The position numbers and the translations under genes are program-made. Under the pieces are notes generated by a model. That model was given only the letters and a program-made list of their open reading frames with translations, was not told where the DNA came from and ran no database searches. DNA of 63,772 nt, the filler included, from Corallochytrium limacisporum Hawaii (lineage: Eukaryota; Protista; Pluriformea), in the NCBI GenBank assembly GCA_002811645.1. It is 5 parts of 5 records of this genome, joined end to end, with 100 filler letters (N's around TTAATTAATTAA, not from the genome) between each part and the next. Parts side by side here need not be neighbours in the genome. Positions count along the whole stretch, not along the records: positions 43,034 to 56,096 come from PDIP01000123.1; positions 56,197 to 60,789 come from PDIP01000075.1; positions 60,890 to 63,772 come from PDIP01000150.1; 2 more parts are not named here. One strand, 5' to 3'. This document shows, in pieces, positions 51,784 to 63,772 of the stretch (position 1 is its first letter; each line of letters begins with the position of its first letter).

Positions 51784-53983
51784 GATGAATAAGTATAAAC
51801 AAGCCCTTGGCTTATACAGCTTTAGCTCTGAATGTTTCAAACACAAATCGTGCACAGCAATCGGATCGGGATTCGATGTGGTTCTTGTCATAATACAGTC
51901 GCAATTCCCTCGTTACAGGATGTCGGTCAGAATCGGTTCAACCTTAACCTGGGCACAAGCGGCCTCAGTGACCTTAGTTTTCAGATATCTGGTTTTGTGC
52001 GCATGAATAGTGCCAAAGCCACTGAAGAAGAAGCCCGCGTCATGGAACTGCAGGACGAGGAGATTAAACGTCTAAAGGACAAGTTCAAATCTCTGAGTAA
52101 GAACGCTGGCAATTCCAAGGGCGACAATGTTGAGCCATCCGCGATTACGGGCCAGCATGTTGAATAGGCGGAGTCACATGGGTCATTGTGTTTGGTTGAA
52201 CACAACGTAGAGATCGAAAATGTCATCAGGCAGACCCCGAACCCGGACCCCACTGTCGGATCGCACACCTCAGTAGACGAAAGGCAACGCGATCTCACCC
52301 CACAGACATGACAGAGACAACGACGGCAGCTATCCACAACGCTCTGTAATTCAATAGTAATTTAATGGAATGAACAATGAACAAGGTCTAAGGGAATCAA
52401 ATGCAACGTAGGAAAGTTTCTTGTGGCACTTGTCTCATGCTCCTAGCGATCATCTACAATCTCTCCGGAAGACGATCCTCCCCCCGGGGTCCCTGCCCCT
52501 GCGCCGCACCCACGAATTTACACAGCACCCAAGATTACTCTTCCCACTTCTAAAAATAGGCCCCAAACCCAAGCGCGCGCTGATTGGTCCGTTCTCTCCC
52601 TTTTTTCCCCCCGCTCCCCCGCTCCCCCCTCTCCGCCTCGCTCTGCGCTCTCTCCCCTGCGCCCCGCTTCGGTGGGGGGCCCTTCTCTATGGCCGAGAAC
52701 CACTGCGGACGGCAGGAAGAAATCCGAGGGTTGGTTGGTTTTGGTTGTCGCGGTTGGCAAAGGGTGCCTTTCTTATATTTTTTTTTTTGTTCGAAAGAAG
52801 AATTTTCCCTCTGCTTCCGCAGCACCGGGCCTGCAGTTTTTTGCCTCTGTGTTCGACCCCGCGCTCTCTTCACGGTGCAACCCGCAGGAGGAGGGGGGGG
52901 TTCGCTCGGTCTGGTCACTCACGCACAAAAATATCAAAAAAAATGGTCGGGAGGCCCCGACGGGAAGGGGGGGGGGAGTGGGTAGGGTTTGAAGTAAGGG
53001 GGGAGAGAGGCCCAGATACCCACCCCGAGGTGGCGGCGGCAGAGTGGGACCGGCCTGCGAATTCGCTCCGCGAGACCCCCAGTTTCCCCCCCCCCAACCC
53101 CCCTCCCTCCTTTATTTTCTTCCTGTCTTTTTTTTTTCCTATTTTTCTGGCGTAAAAGTTGAACCGGCGGAGTGGTGGTGGCTGGGCGGCGGGGCGGGGT
53201 TGGAGGACGCGTTGTTGTTTGCCGGAGATGGGGACGGCGGGGTGGACCCCGTGTGTGTGTGTGTGTCGAGGCGGGTTTCATTGGAGGAGAAACACGACCA
53301 CCAACCCTTAAAAAAAAGGAAGGGAGAAAAAAGGGGAAGAAAAGGAGAGCTACCACCACCAAAACCACCCCCGAAACAGACGAAAAAAAATACCCAATGT
53401 AAAAAGGGAAGAGAACTGAGAACTGCAAGGAAAGTTTTTGGGGGGAGGGAGGGGGGGCCGAACGAAAGAGAACAAAAGAAAAAATGGCGCGACCTTAACA
53501 CGCACACCTCTCGAGTGCCCGATGCCTGCTGCCATAGCACTCCGCCACCGCATCGGTGGTGGACAGCCAGGAGCGTAGGGACCAATCCGGCCTGATGCAC
53601 AGGGACAGCGCGAGCGAGAGTGAGAGAGCTGCGGGTATGTGTACCCTTTTTTGCATTCAGCAACTCCTTGTGCATTCAGTGACTGAGAAGTGTTCTTGCT
53701 CAGTTTTGTGGTCCACTTGGCTGCCCTGATGTCATTAACAAGCTTATCCCATGGGCGAATTGATAAAGGCACGCGTCAAGTTACGGGCGTGAAACTGCTA
53801 CTAAAATGAGAACAGCATTGACGAGATCACGCTCTCCAAGAGGTCCCAGGTCTAACTTTCGTGTGTCTCACGGACTCTTTCGTGTATACCCTATATATGT
53901 GTATTGTACCTACTTAAGGGAAACAAAAGTAAAACAGTGAGAAGAGGACTGGATTCCTTTTGCAGGGTCGTACTGAAGAAACA

Positions 53984-54859
53984 ATGGGTCAGCAACCGGT
54001 ATTCGATCCCCAGTGGCTTGGTGACACCAGCCGTCCCCTTCCCTTCATTGTGGCTTTGGCCGTCGGCTGGCTAATCCTCATGGCCATTGACTATGAAGCC
54101 TTTAAGGAATTCCTGGGCGGCGTCTTTGGCGTACCCTCCGATCTGGCGAACATAGTCCACACCGTTACCACTCATATTGCTGTTGCTGGACTGCAAATCA
54201 TGCACGTCCTGCTGAACGAGGGCTTCGGTGCCATGGTCAATGCCCTGAGTCATGTCTACACCACCATCTACATGCTCCTTAGCAGCCCGTTGCGCTTTAT
54301 TTGGTCCGCAGCGACTGTCTGGATAGTCTACAGTCTCTACTTCCGCTCCGATATCAAGGGAGCAAAGGCCTCAAGTGGCAATCTGCTCGATCCAATCACT
54401 CAAGAGCGCCAGGCACTGCAGCGTATCTCTACAGTGCCCAAGATCTCTGGCGGTGATGTCAGTAAAGTGGTTCAGGGTTATGCCACGTCAATCCAGACTG
54501 CGAGTCAGCGCGTGCTGCAGAATGTGCTAGACAACCCACGCGACATTTACAGTGCCGTGTTCTGGACCACCCTGACCTACATGGCGCTGACCACGCAAGT
54601 CTACGTTGTGGACAGCCTGGCCAAGTACATTACTCCTCTGATCACGGTGCAGCTACTGGTCTTCCTGTACCTAAACCAGCAGTTTGTGCGCGTTAAACTT
54701 GGATATCTGCATGACAACATTTACAATGTACTGCTGGGCAGATCTCTGCCGCGCAAGAGCGCAGCCACTCGCAGCAGCGGCAATGGCTCTGATCCTGACT
54801 TGCGTCGCTCCCGATCTTCTTCGCCCGTCAAGAGGGCCTCTGGTGTCAAGGTTGAGTAA
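53984..54859 (+). CDS. Multi-pass membrane protein of unknown function with basic Ser/Arg-rich C-terminal tail
   Basis: ~290-aa ORF with several hydrophobic segments and coding-like composition. First ATG is at 53984; a TTTGCAG acceptor-like site just upstream suggests a possible earlier exon. Confidence 0.6.
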   Translation: MGQQPVFDPQWLGDTSRPLPFIVALAVGWLILMAIDYEAFKEFLGGVFGVPSDLANIVHTVTTHIAVAGLQIMHVLLNEGFGAMVNALSHVYTTIYMLLSSPLRFIWSAATVWIVYSLYFRSDIKGAKASSGNLLDPITQERQALQRISTVPKISGGDVSKVVQGYATSIQTASQRVLQNVLDNPRDIYSAVFWTTLTYMALTTQVYVVDSLAKYITPLITVQLLVFLYLNQQFVRVKLGYLHDNIYNVLLGRSLPRKSAATRSSGNGSDPDLRRSRSSSPVKRASGVKVE

Positions 54860-55012
54860 TAGGACAATTATCTATGTTTTGTCCAATGATTCGTTAACTT
54901 CTTGCCTGCTGTCGTAACTTTGCTTCTGGAAAAGTTGAATTCTCCCTCTATATCATCGTACACGGATCATCACCATGTTCCTGTCTAAATTCTCGTTTTC
55001 TCGAACAAAAAA

Positions 55013-55519
55013 TTATGTAAACGTCCGATATTGTTCGTCTGCCCAGTGACCTCGGAATCGTACCATGTTCTTCCCCGTTTCCCAGATCTTGACCTCCTCT
55101 AGTTTGACAGTCGGAAAATTCTGCTTGAGGTCGCGGTCAATGTGAACATAGATCATCACCGCTAGGTTCTCTGTTGTGCTTGCTTGATCCTTGAAGTCAG
55201 CAGTATCCTCATCAAGGTGTTTGTGATCATACCGTTTCATGATTGCGTTTTCGATAATCTTCTTCAGATCGACGAGATTCATAACCATACCTGTGTCTGC
55301 CATGACCGGCCCGCCGACAGTGATTTCCACCGTATAGTTATGTCCATGCCCCTTGGGATTGTTGCATTTGCCAAAAATGTCTTTGTTCTGTTCGTCCGTC
55401 AGGTGAGGGGAATGTAGCCGGTGCGCTGCGCTGAACTGTTCCCTACGAGTAACCAGGACATAGGGGGACTTCTCGGCCAGCTTGGGACGTTTGCCATCTG
55501 TTCCGTTGACTTCCGTCAT
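55013..55519 (-). CDS. PTS: 6-pyruvoyl-tetrahydropterin synthase
   Basis: FSAAHRLHS...FGKCNNPKGHGHNY...TGMVMNL.DLK...DHKHLD...STTENLA...ET.KN; animal-type catalytic Cys and Zn-binding His residues present. Confidence 0.93.
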   Translation of the reverse strand: MTEVNGTDGKRPKLAEKSPYVLVTRREQFSAAHRLHSPHLTDEQNKDIFGKCNNPKGHGHNYTVEITVGGPVMADTGMVMNLVDLKKIIENAIMKRYDHKHLDEDTADFKDQASTTENLAVMIYVHIDRDLKQNFPTVKLEEVKIWETGKNMVRFRGHWADEQYRTFT

Positions 55520-55970
55520 ATTGCTTCTGTGTGTCTATTCCATCTAAATTCTCCAACAGTTTCTGCTGTGTGCTTACGATTTTAGTCGTTTTGCCAAACA
55601 CGTAAGATACAGAAATAACGGAGATTCTTTACTTGTCGTACACTTGTCGTACACACTCCTCGTACGCGTCCGAACTGGCAGACCTAGTCGTATTCTCAGC
55701 CCAAACCTAGAGACAACTCTGTCGTTGTGACTCAGGGTATAGATTACAGATTAAAATGGCTAGTCCCTGACTGTCAGGTGTGATCAAACCTTCTTCGGGA
55801 AATACTGAGAAGTATCAAGGACCTCTTCTGGTTCCATCCCGTTTCCAACACTATGGAGCCCCGGCTCTGAAATCGTCCGACTGTGGGAACTGAACGGCAG
55901 CAGGTCCCATCCCAGGCAAGACCCTTTTGTCCGCCCGAAACCGGTCTAAACACCCGCGCGTGAGTGGGAA

Positions 55971-56002
55971 GGAGAGAGAGAGACACACACAGAGAAAGCG
56001 AG

Positions 56003-56050
<48 letters not shown>
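55971..56050. repeat. (GA)n microsatellite followed by a perfect 12-bp hairpin (56058-56085) and C6G6
   Basis: Read directly: GAGAGGTGCCCC-CCGC-GGGGCACCTCTC. Confidence 0.9.
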
Positions 56051-56055
<5 letters not shown>

Positions 56056-56096
56056 GAGAGAGGTGCCCCCCGCGGGGCACCTCTCCCCCCGGGGGG

Positions 56097-56196
56097 NNNN
56101 NNNNNNNNNNNNNNNNNNNNNNNNNNNNNNNNNNNNNNNNTTAATTAATTAANNNNNNNNNNNNNNNNNNNNNNNNNNNNNNNNNNNNNNNNNNNN
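56097..56196. other. Scaffold gap with TTAATTAATTAA linker
   Basis: Ns with linker at 56141-56152. Confidence 0.95.
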
Positions 56197-57659
56197 TCTT
56201 GGAGATGATGTACAGGGTGCATCATGGTCCCGTTTTGTCTCGCACCCGGTCGGAGAACTAAATTCATCCCTCATCTACCTACTAAAATCATTTCCATGAC
56301 TAAAATTAAGCATCGCTAACATAGATCTTACCCTCGAAGATCAAGCGATCGTGATGGTAAATTCATGATTTCCCAAGTACCAAGTTTGCAAAAGACTCTG
56401 AAATTGGCTGAGAGGGTACCGGAATGGGCGGGAAAACGGTATACTCAAAAGAAGCCGATTTTATCCGATTCAAACGAAGCTTTCAAACCATAATGTAAAT
56501 TGTGCACTTTTTTATTGAACAGAGGTTGGTACTAAATTAAGGCTTTTGTTTCCCTGGTCCTTGATTCGTCCGTCCCTTTGCCAGCAGCCACACACTACCC
56601 GACCCGCGACCGGACGAATAGCTCGGGATCAGGAGATTCCCCACCCCCTTTTTCCCCCCGGGGGGTGGGGGGCCGGCCGGTGATCCGCTCACTATGGGAA
56701 ATGAACCGGCAGATTTGACGATCGGGAGCCTATTTTGACCCGAACTCGATCACACGGCACGACCGACCACGCGCTATCACGCACCCGTCCCCCCCTTCCA
56801 GCGCCACCAATTTCTTATCTTTTTTATTCTGACCGCGCCGAGGTGACGAAGAAAGAGAGACATGTGCAGTACATAATGTACTAGACACCGCAAGAGGTTT
56901 GAGAGCGTGGGCAAACTTTTGTTTTCCTTGATTTCGGGTGTTGCCATTTTGAAAAAAAAAAAGGGAGTGAAAAAAATAAAACAAAGAAAGAAAGGGAAAT
57001 TAGGCAGAGGAAAATGTTGCTGATCAGAAGAGAAGGGGACGCGGGAGGTGGAGAAAAGAGGGGGACAGAGAAGTCAGAGAGGAGACCCGCGCCGGGCACG
57101 TGGTTCTGCCGTCAACAGAATCCATCGTACAAAAAACAAAAGTCCTTTTGGGTGATCTATTTCTTGCCAGAACGTAAACTTTGGAACCCGCTTGAAGGGT
57201 AAAGCTGTTGTGATTCCATTGGTCTTGCCCATGGTCGTGCTCTGGTGCATGTTTGTGTCCTCTACTTTCATCAGCAACCAACACTGTTGATGGATGCTGG
57301 ATGTTTCGAAGTGTTTTGTCCAAAGCGCCCCACAACTGCGCGATTGAGTAAGCGTGTGCACGGACGTGATGGTGAATGAGAACCGTCCATTGGTACGTGG
57401 AGTGGCATGAGGACTGTGGCCAACCACTGCAGCAGATCGAGGACACTGCTCCATAAATGGCCCCCTTGAAGGCACCTTACCCTTCTCAGTGTCCCGATGG
57501 GTGTAGGTAGAACATCATCGTCGTTGGATGAAAGGTTTTCTTGAGAACCCAAGAAATTTGACATAATGATCTCTTTCGCATTCTCCATAGCCACTTTGGG
57601 TGGACAGGCAGGGCGGACGACAGTTCAATTTAAACCGTCCGCTCCTCTTCACTTCCACT

Positions 57660-57686
57660 CACACACACACACACACACACACACAC
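57660..57686. repeat. (CA)n microsatellite
   Basis: About 13 CA units read directly. Confidence 0.9.
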
Positions 57687-58224
57687 CCGCTCTCCTTCTC
57701 TTTCCCAGTCTCCCAGGCACGTACTTCTCACGCCCAGTTGGGTTCTTCTTCTCAACACAAACGGACACTTCGGGAGATATTGCAAAGGCCCTTTCTTTCC
57801 TATTTTCTTTCCTTTGCTCGATCGTTTTCGATCCGAAATGAAAAAAAAAAGAAAAAGAGGGGTTGGGGTGGGAGGGGGGGACATTCCAAGTGGGCCCGAA
57901 TCACACGCTGAACCGCGCATGGAGGGTTTGAAATCTCTTGGATTACCACTACCAGCCGGCTAGCAAGCATTCATTGTACATGGCGCACTTGTGTAACTGT
58001 GCCTACAGCAGGAGAGCTGCTCAGTCAGGACAGTGATGAATCGTGGAGACCCGGTGTGGATGAGCAGTAGGTGTATGAGTTGCCCAGCATCCCTTCGTCA
58101 GTTGGTCGTGATGACGATGCTGTTATCGTCGCTTTTTAATGTTTGTGCCTGTAATCTAATAGACAATCGTGTAAGCTTGGTTCACTGATGATTTATTTAT
58201 ACACATATCTCAATTCCTTATCTC

Positions 58225-60123
58225 TCATGGAGTGGGTGAACGGAAGAACCGGTTCCGTCTCGATGACCCGCGCCGCTCGGGCGGAGGTGACGGAGCCAGG
58301 GAGGATTCCTCATTTGCTCTTCGGTCTACCTTGCCGTGATCATGGTCATGGTCCACATTGCCATACCGTGAACGATGGATTCCGGGAGGAGAGTGACTTC
58401 GGCGGGGGGGACTCTGGCTGCCACGGCTGCTGCCGCCGCTGTAGCTTGGGCTGCGGTGTCGCCTGAAAGAGCGCTGCCGAGAGCTTTGCGGAGATCGCGA
58501 CAACGAACGGGACCGTTCATCGCGCCTGTCGTAGGGGGAGGAGCGTCGGCTGCCTGGTGAGTCAGAGTCGTGATCCACTCGTCGCCGACGTTCCCAGCCA
58601 GACGGCGTGGGTGACTTGCTAAGGTGTCGCTTACGGTCACTGCCGCGACCCTGGTAGGAGGGGCTCCGACTGTAGCTGCTGCCGTGGTAAGGGCTGCGAG
58701 ATGAGTACGAGTCATAGTGCGCGCTGCGATCGCTGAACGGTGTCCGACTGCGGCTATAGCTGCGAGAAGAGTAGCTACGGGAGCTGCGACCACGGCGTTG
58801 GGGTAGATCGTAGGAGTCCCTGCGTCCCCCTCTGCGTTGTGGTCTGTCATAATCCGAGCTCGGGTCGCGGCGGTGGCCCTCATGGCGAAATGATCCCCGC
58901 CTGTTGTCGCCACCGTTTTCGAATTCCTCTCTCCTAAGTGCCGCACGGCGCTGTTCCCGTTCGCGAATGCGAATATTTTCGGCCACCGTCTCCGGCGGTG
59001 CGGGCAACCAGTAGATCTTGGGCTGCGTCCTCCGAGTGAAACGAAAGAGATCGTCGAGGACGAGCACGGCTTCGCTGACTGGTGGTGCCGGCTGCTGGGG
59101 TACTACCGGGGGTCGTTGTCCTTTCTGTGGTCCCTGGCCGCTACCTTTGGGATCGACTGGAACAATGGCGGCTACCTCATCCTGACCATCTCCCATCTCG
59201 GTGGCAGCAGGCTTCTTCTCTTCATTCAACTTTAGCTCTGGCTCTGCTGCTGTTTCTACTGGTGTATGGTTCCCATCGTCTCCAGAGGCCCGGGGTGTAG
59301 AAGTTTGTGATGCCCGTCGACTGGCCACTTTCTGCATATATCGCTCAACCGGTGTTTGATCTGCAAATGCGAGATGCAATGCCTTTGCTTCCGTCGTATC
59401 CGGCCAAATTTTGCCATGTAACCCTTCCATGGCAGCCACTGCACCCCCAATTGTCTCAAAGCGGCAATAACACTCATTTCGGATCACCGGCATCCAGAAC
59501 AATTTTTCCATGATCGGTCCGAATTCTTTCAGTTTGGATTGCAATTGGCGGACTGTGAAAGGTCGGACAAGATTGGTGATATGAATTACTGCCGTCGGTT
59601 GCTCCTCCGGTTTCTTTGCCCGCGTCTCTTCGCCGCTGGCAGAAGGAGGATTCCCGGTCCCCTTTGGTTCCGAATCGTCCTCGCCGCTGCCCTGAGTAGC
59701 ATCACTGGTGTTTTCTGCTGTGCCTTTCGTCTTACTCTCTCCAAAGGGCATGATAGTACCTCCGGTGGTCTGTATGGTTCCTGACCCTTTTGTAGAGAGA
59801 TCGGACCCGAGATCGGGCACATCAATAGTGGTGCCCGAGGCTCGTGAGTTCTTTCCATTCCCTACAGTTTGATTGTCACCGGCAGTTTCCGCACTTTGGT
59901 CGGCGCCAGCATCTTCCTGTTCCTGCCGATCCTCACTTTGCTTGGATGCACCACGATCTACTTGTGCACTGACGTGCTCTCTCAGCCTGTCAATAAGCTC
60001 ATCCTTTCTGCCTGAAACTGGCAGTGACCGTGCTTTTAGGATCTGTTTGAGCTCTGTTACTTTATACGAGGAGAAGTCTATCTCCAGAAGGTCCTGGTCA
60101 GTGGGTACTTTGAATTTACCCAT
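58225..60123 (-). CDS. ACIN1: Acinus-like splicing/ASAP-complex protein (SAP + RRM + RSB motif + RS domain)
   Basis: SAP domain YKVTELKQILKARSLPVSGRKDELIDRL; Acinus RRM IHITNLVRPFT...FWM...CY...LHGKIWP; RSB motif LDDLFRFTRRTQPKIYWLP; RS-rich tail. Confidence 0.9.
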   Translation of the reverse strand: MGKFKVPTDQDLLEIDFSSYKVTELKQILKARSLPVSGRKDELIDRLREHVSAQVDRGASKQSEDRQEQEDAGADQSAETAGDNQTVGNGKNSRASGTTIDVPDLGSDLSTKGSGTIQTTGGTIMPFGESKTKGTAENTSDATQGSGEDDSEPKGTGNPPSASGEETRAKKPEEQPTAVIHITNLVRPFTVRQLQSKLKEFGPIMEKLFWMPVIRNECYCRFETIGGAVAAMEGLHGKIWPDTTEAKALHLAFADQTPVERYMQKVASRRASQTSTPRASGDDGNHTPVETAAEPELKLNEEKKPAATEMGDGQDEVAAIVPVDPKGSGQGPQKGQRPPVVPQQPAPPVSEAVLVLDDLFRFTRRTQPKIYWLPAPPETVAENIRIREREQRRAALRREEFENGGDNRRGSFRHEGHRRDPSSDYDRPQRRGGRRDSYDLPQRRGRSSRSYSSRSYSRSRTPFSDRSAHYDSYSSRSPYHGSSYSRSPSYQGRGSDRKRHLSKSPTPSGWERRRRVDHDSDSPGSRRSSPYDRRDERSRSLSRSPQSSRQRSFRRHRSPSYSGGSSRGSQSPPRRSHSPPGIHRSRYGNVDHDHDHGKVDRRANEESSLAPSPPPERRGSSRRNRFFRSPTP

Positions 60124-60789
60124 ATTACTCTATCGTTTCGACACAGTGTTCAGCATTGTGTGATCTGTGATGGTTTCTTTTCTCCCTGGGTTCATGAACC
60201 CGCGGCTGTTCTGCAGCACACCACACTTGTGTAGTCGATTCCATTTGTATTGAATCCGGAATCAATTGTTCCCTTCAAAGCCTCTTGTATCTGTACAGTA
60301 AGAACACGTAGCGATCTGCAAAGACCCAAACTCAACGCAGGGATAGCTTCCTCTGCTGCGCCCACCTTGCGTAGGCACAGCCTCCAACATCTTCCGAACT
60401 CACCCACCCACCCGGCCAGGGGTCGACCGCACACCCCTTCACCTGAAAAGCCAATGGCCTAGGCGAGCCTTTTACGGTTCTTTCACTATGAAGATTTCTT
60501 CCGGCCCAGCCGGACTTGAGGAACTCGCGCCTTTGGAGCCCAATATTCGTGGTGATAATTGATACCATTCCGTATATAAAATATCAAGGGTCGCTTGTGC
60601 CGCACACGCTTGGCCGAAAATGCTGGTAGGTGCCTGCGGAGGCTGAGGGGCATACCACCCTCTGTCTCATAATATTAGGCCGAATCTATTCAAATCACAT
60701 TCATTCGAATCCCGACCGCTGTGGCGGGAAACATTTTGCGCGTTCAAACTCAGCGTAGCCGACTCTATCCCCGAGCCAATTTTCAGTCC

Positions 60790-60889
60790 NNNNNNNNNNN
60801 NNNNNNNNNNNNNNNNNNNNNNNNNNNNNNNNNTTAATTAATTAANNNNNNNNNNNNNNNNNNNNNNNNNNNNNNNNNNNNNNNNNNNN
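60790..60889. other. Scaffold gap with TTAATTAATTAA linker
   Basis: Ns with linker at 60834-60845. Confidence 0.95.
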
Positions 60890-61143
60890 AAAAGACGAGA
60901 GGCCCAGTGGGGGGGGGGGGGGGCCAGAAACAAGGGAAAAAATGAGTTTACGGCGTAGGGCGCGCCTCAGAGATCGAGAGCAACAAATGGAAAAGAGAGC
61001 TCCTAATTCATTGATGAATGAAGAACGATGGCCTGCATTTTTAACCAGCGGTGGTCACTCGTTAAATCGTCACATTGCACAACGTCCCCTACTTTCTGCG
61101 CAACTTTCTCCGAGTTTGATCCTAGTATTATTGATCTGTTTCT

Positions 61144-61161
61144 GAGAGAGAGAGAGAGAGA
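61144..61161. repeat. (GA)n microsatellite
   Basis: Read directly from the sequence. Confidence 0.8.
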
Positions 61162-63772
61162 TGACGTCCTGCCCGACTGACGGTTGGAATCAATTATTAG
61201 CAAGTGGCGGGGGAGCCAGCAACCAACCTTGGATTCCATCCAACTTGCCACGGAACAATGGCCCCCTCCCTTCTTCACCCGCGGCCCCTCCGCGCCGGCG
61301 GGGCATGAGACGCCGAAATTGGGAACAAGCGGGGCGCACAGAAGCCACCGAGCCGACTCCAAGAATTTCTAACTCGGCCAGAAAAAAAATATTGCAGAAC
61401 ATGGTGTGGGGTGTGAAACGTCCGCATACCGCAAACTTGAGCAGTGCGCCAACAAGGACCATTTTTGTGCGTTAGCGTCTGTTTTGATGAGCATGTCTAA
61501 AGTGAGTGCAGGTCATACCAGTGCGGAGTACCAAGGCGATAGGGACAGAGCGCTGTCGTTGTGGTCGGAGAAAGCACAGGAACTCACGACCATCGTACGA
61601 AACCTTGAGCATGGTCAAAAGTAGTAATACCTGTCACCAAGATCGGGTTTACTTGATCAAAAATCAAGTCATTAATTGGTTAGGCAGAGCATTTATCGGA
61701 TTCCTACCATGCTCATACTCCAAAATGCGGCTGTGGGCTTCGAAGGAGTACACCACTGCGTAGTGTTGACTAGTTCCATATAGACCATGGTGGTGGTCCC
61801 TTTTTGCGCTTTGTCCCCCTTGTGGTACTGACACGCATTCCATCTTCCTTCCAGCATCATCCCGCTTAGCGCACTCCTGCTGCAAAGCTATCATACTCCG
61901 GATGAATCCAGTACGGTCACCAGATGACGAGGACTCATTGCCTGAGACGCCGCTACTGTACATGGGCCGCAATCTTGTAACGAGAACATTATTGAACAAC
62001 AACCCAAAAAGATTTGGTTTTCTTCACACCCTCATCATCCCGATTTCTCTCCATGGTAGGGGGACGCAATAAGACGATACGGATCGGTTGAGAACAACGA
62101 TACATACAACAAGAAGTAGTTCGAAAAGGCGCGCGCCGCTATGGTTCTCCATGAAGATGGCAACAATTCTTAATCAGTAGTACACATCTCCCAGGAATGC
62201 TCGCGGATAATAAGAAAGATAACTGGGACAACACACAGAGAGCGTACCACACCAGTACCACTCCCTGTGGGCCTATTCAGTGTTTGCAGGTAGCATGCTT
62301 AAGTTATCGATGTACGTGAGGATGACCGAAACTCCAGTACAACCATGAGTATACCCACAATGATATCCCTTGATTCTGGGTAGTGTGCTGGGTGCTTGCA
62401 CATCATTCCCCACGTCCAAACCTAGGGAAGCAGACCAGTTCTAGCATGGTTCCACTTTCGTACACGTCAGTGGCAAATAAAGCGCATAGCAAAAGTTGTT
62501 GGATTCCGTGCCATCCTCTCCAGTCTTCCGCGAGTTCACACAATGAATTAATGAGTTTCCACCAGGCACCTCCAATATAGCGGGTCCCTTGGCATCACAG
62601 GCATTCTGCGAAAAACAATTTCTGAGGAACTAGGAAAAACAACTGAACAAAATGCACTCCTTTCAGTCCGTGCGCGCACCTATGACGGCCTTCTTCCTGG
62701 CCGCGGGGCACCTTAGTAACACGCATTGCAGGCCAGGACGACTGATTCACTGGAACGGCCGGATGTTCCGCTGAGAAAGTTTGGGAGGGGGGGAGCCCTA
62801 GTTTTCGCTCGCTCCCAGCTCTCTTTCGCGCTCAGTTAACCCATATTCCATGTCTGCCAAGATCACACGATCCACAGAAGTATTCCAGGCAATAAGGTAG
62901 CCAATGAAGGATTTCCTTTAAGCTTTGGACACACTGCAACAGAGCGTTTGCTGTGCTCTGATTTTACCGCACAGCAGACTCTGCAGCCCGTGCGGATTAC
63001 CATTATAGGGTGAGACACACAGCGTACGATGCCGTATTCATCGTTGATCACTCTCACAGACAGAAACGACTTCTTGGTTGCGGAGACGTCAACGTATCTA
63101 ATGATGCTGAACTTGAACTACGTTGTCAGAAAACTGTCACTGTTGATAGACATGTGGTGCGGTTGAGGTTTCGGTCAGGCGTAGGATACTTACTGTTGTT
63201 AGTTTAGGCCTAGGAGATGCACCTGAAGACCGTAAGCGCATGTGATGGCACAATCCCCGTCGTTAACCATGCAGCACAGCGTAGATAGTGAGTGACCGTG
63301 GAATTCCTAGCCTTCCTCTTAGCTTCCCGTTTTGATCTGACCCAATGCGTCACCTTTGCAGCTCACGAAGAACCAATCTCCAGGGACAGCTGTATTAGCA
63401 AACACAGGAACATGGAAGGTTAGTCAGCAACTAAACGTGTAAACAGAACTAATAAAAAAAAAACAACCAACACGCACACCAGAGTTTTGCCGTGGGTTAC
63501 AAACAAAACACCGTTGAACAAATGGTCATCAAAAATATTAACGAGGCGGTATATAACCGCGCTTAGGAAACAAAAAGGCAAGTGTATCAGCTCGGTAATC
63601 TGCGCATGCGTTGGCATAGTCCAAAACGAGCAGGCTGTCCCGTGCAGTCGCGTCTGACTGAAACGGGTAGAAAAATAGGAAGTACCAACCTCTGTTCAAT
63701 AAAAAAGTGCATAATTTACATTATGGTTTGAAAGCTTCGTTTGAATCTTATAAAATCGGCTTCTTTTGAGTA

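Noticed and set aside
51832-52167. 111-aa ORF with a short coiled-coil-like stretch
   Set aside because: No recognisable family; could be an exon or 3' UTR, but cannot be supported from sequence alone.
52421-53772. Many overlapping ORFs of 100-240 aa
   Set aside because: Low-complexity homopolymer-rich intergenic DNA; translations are compositionally biased with no domains. The same applies to 4340-4984, 16168-16730 and 47874-48520.
55013-55519. PTS as a pterin-supply member of the molybdoenzyme cluster
   Set aside because: PTS belongs to tetrahydrobiopterin synthesis, not Moco synthesis, and is separated from the cluster by housekeeping genes.
15769-60845. TTAATTAATTAA motif repeated four times
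   Set aside because: Always centred in 100-nt N gaps; an artificial scaffolding linker with stops in all frames.

Overview
Eukaryotic, intron-poor genomic scaffold, most likely from a unicellular holozoan (inferred from animal-like eEF2, PTS, Acinus and PLGRKT; a Corallochytrium/Teretosporea-type genome would fit). It has five assembly gaps, four carrying a TTAATTAATTAA linker. The left part (1.6-24 kb) encodes a TLC-like membrane protein and an array of type I cell-surface proteins. These include a ~3,140-aa protein built from two tandem, apparently catalytically dead S41-peptidase-like supermodules, and two paralogues with a Cys-rich ~124-aa module. The middle part (25.4-42.5 kb) is a putative nitrate/anion-redox gene cluster: temptin-domain ferric reductase, Met1/CysG-like siroheme enzyme, NRT2 nitrate transporter, a CBS-less CLC with Pro at the selectivity-filter position, a divergent polytopic transporter, and a stand-alone membrane-anchored sulfite-oxidase-family molybdoenzyme. 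No canonical nitrate or nitrite reductase lies in the window. The best candidate for a novel system is a split, non-canonical nitrate reductase made of the Moco protein plus the flavocytochrome; this is an inference. The right part (44.7-60.1 kb) holds housekeeping genes: eEF2 and Tim9 (each with one intron), uL22m, PTS, Acinus and an unknown membrane protein. Intergenic DNA repeatedly carries C-run/G-run palindromes.
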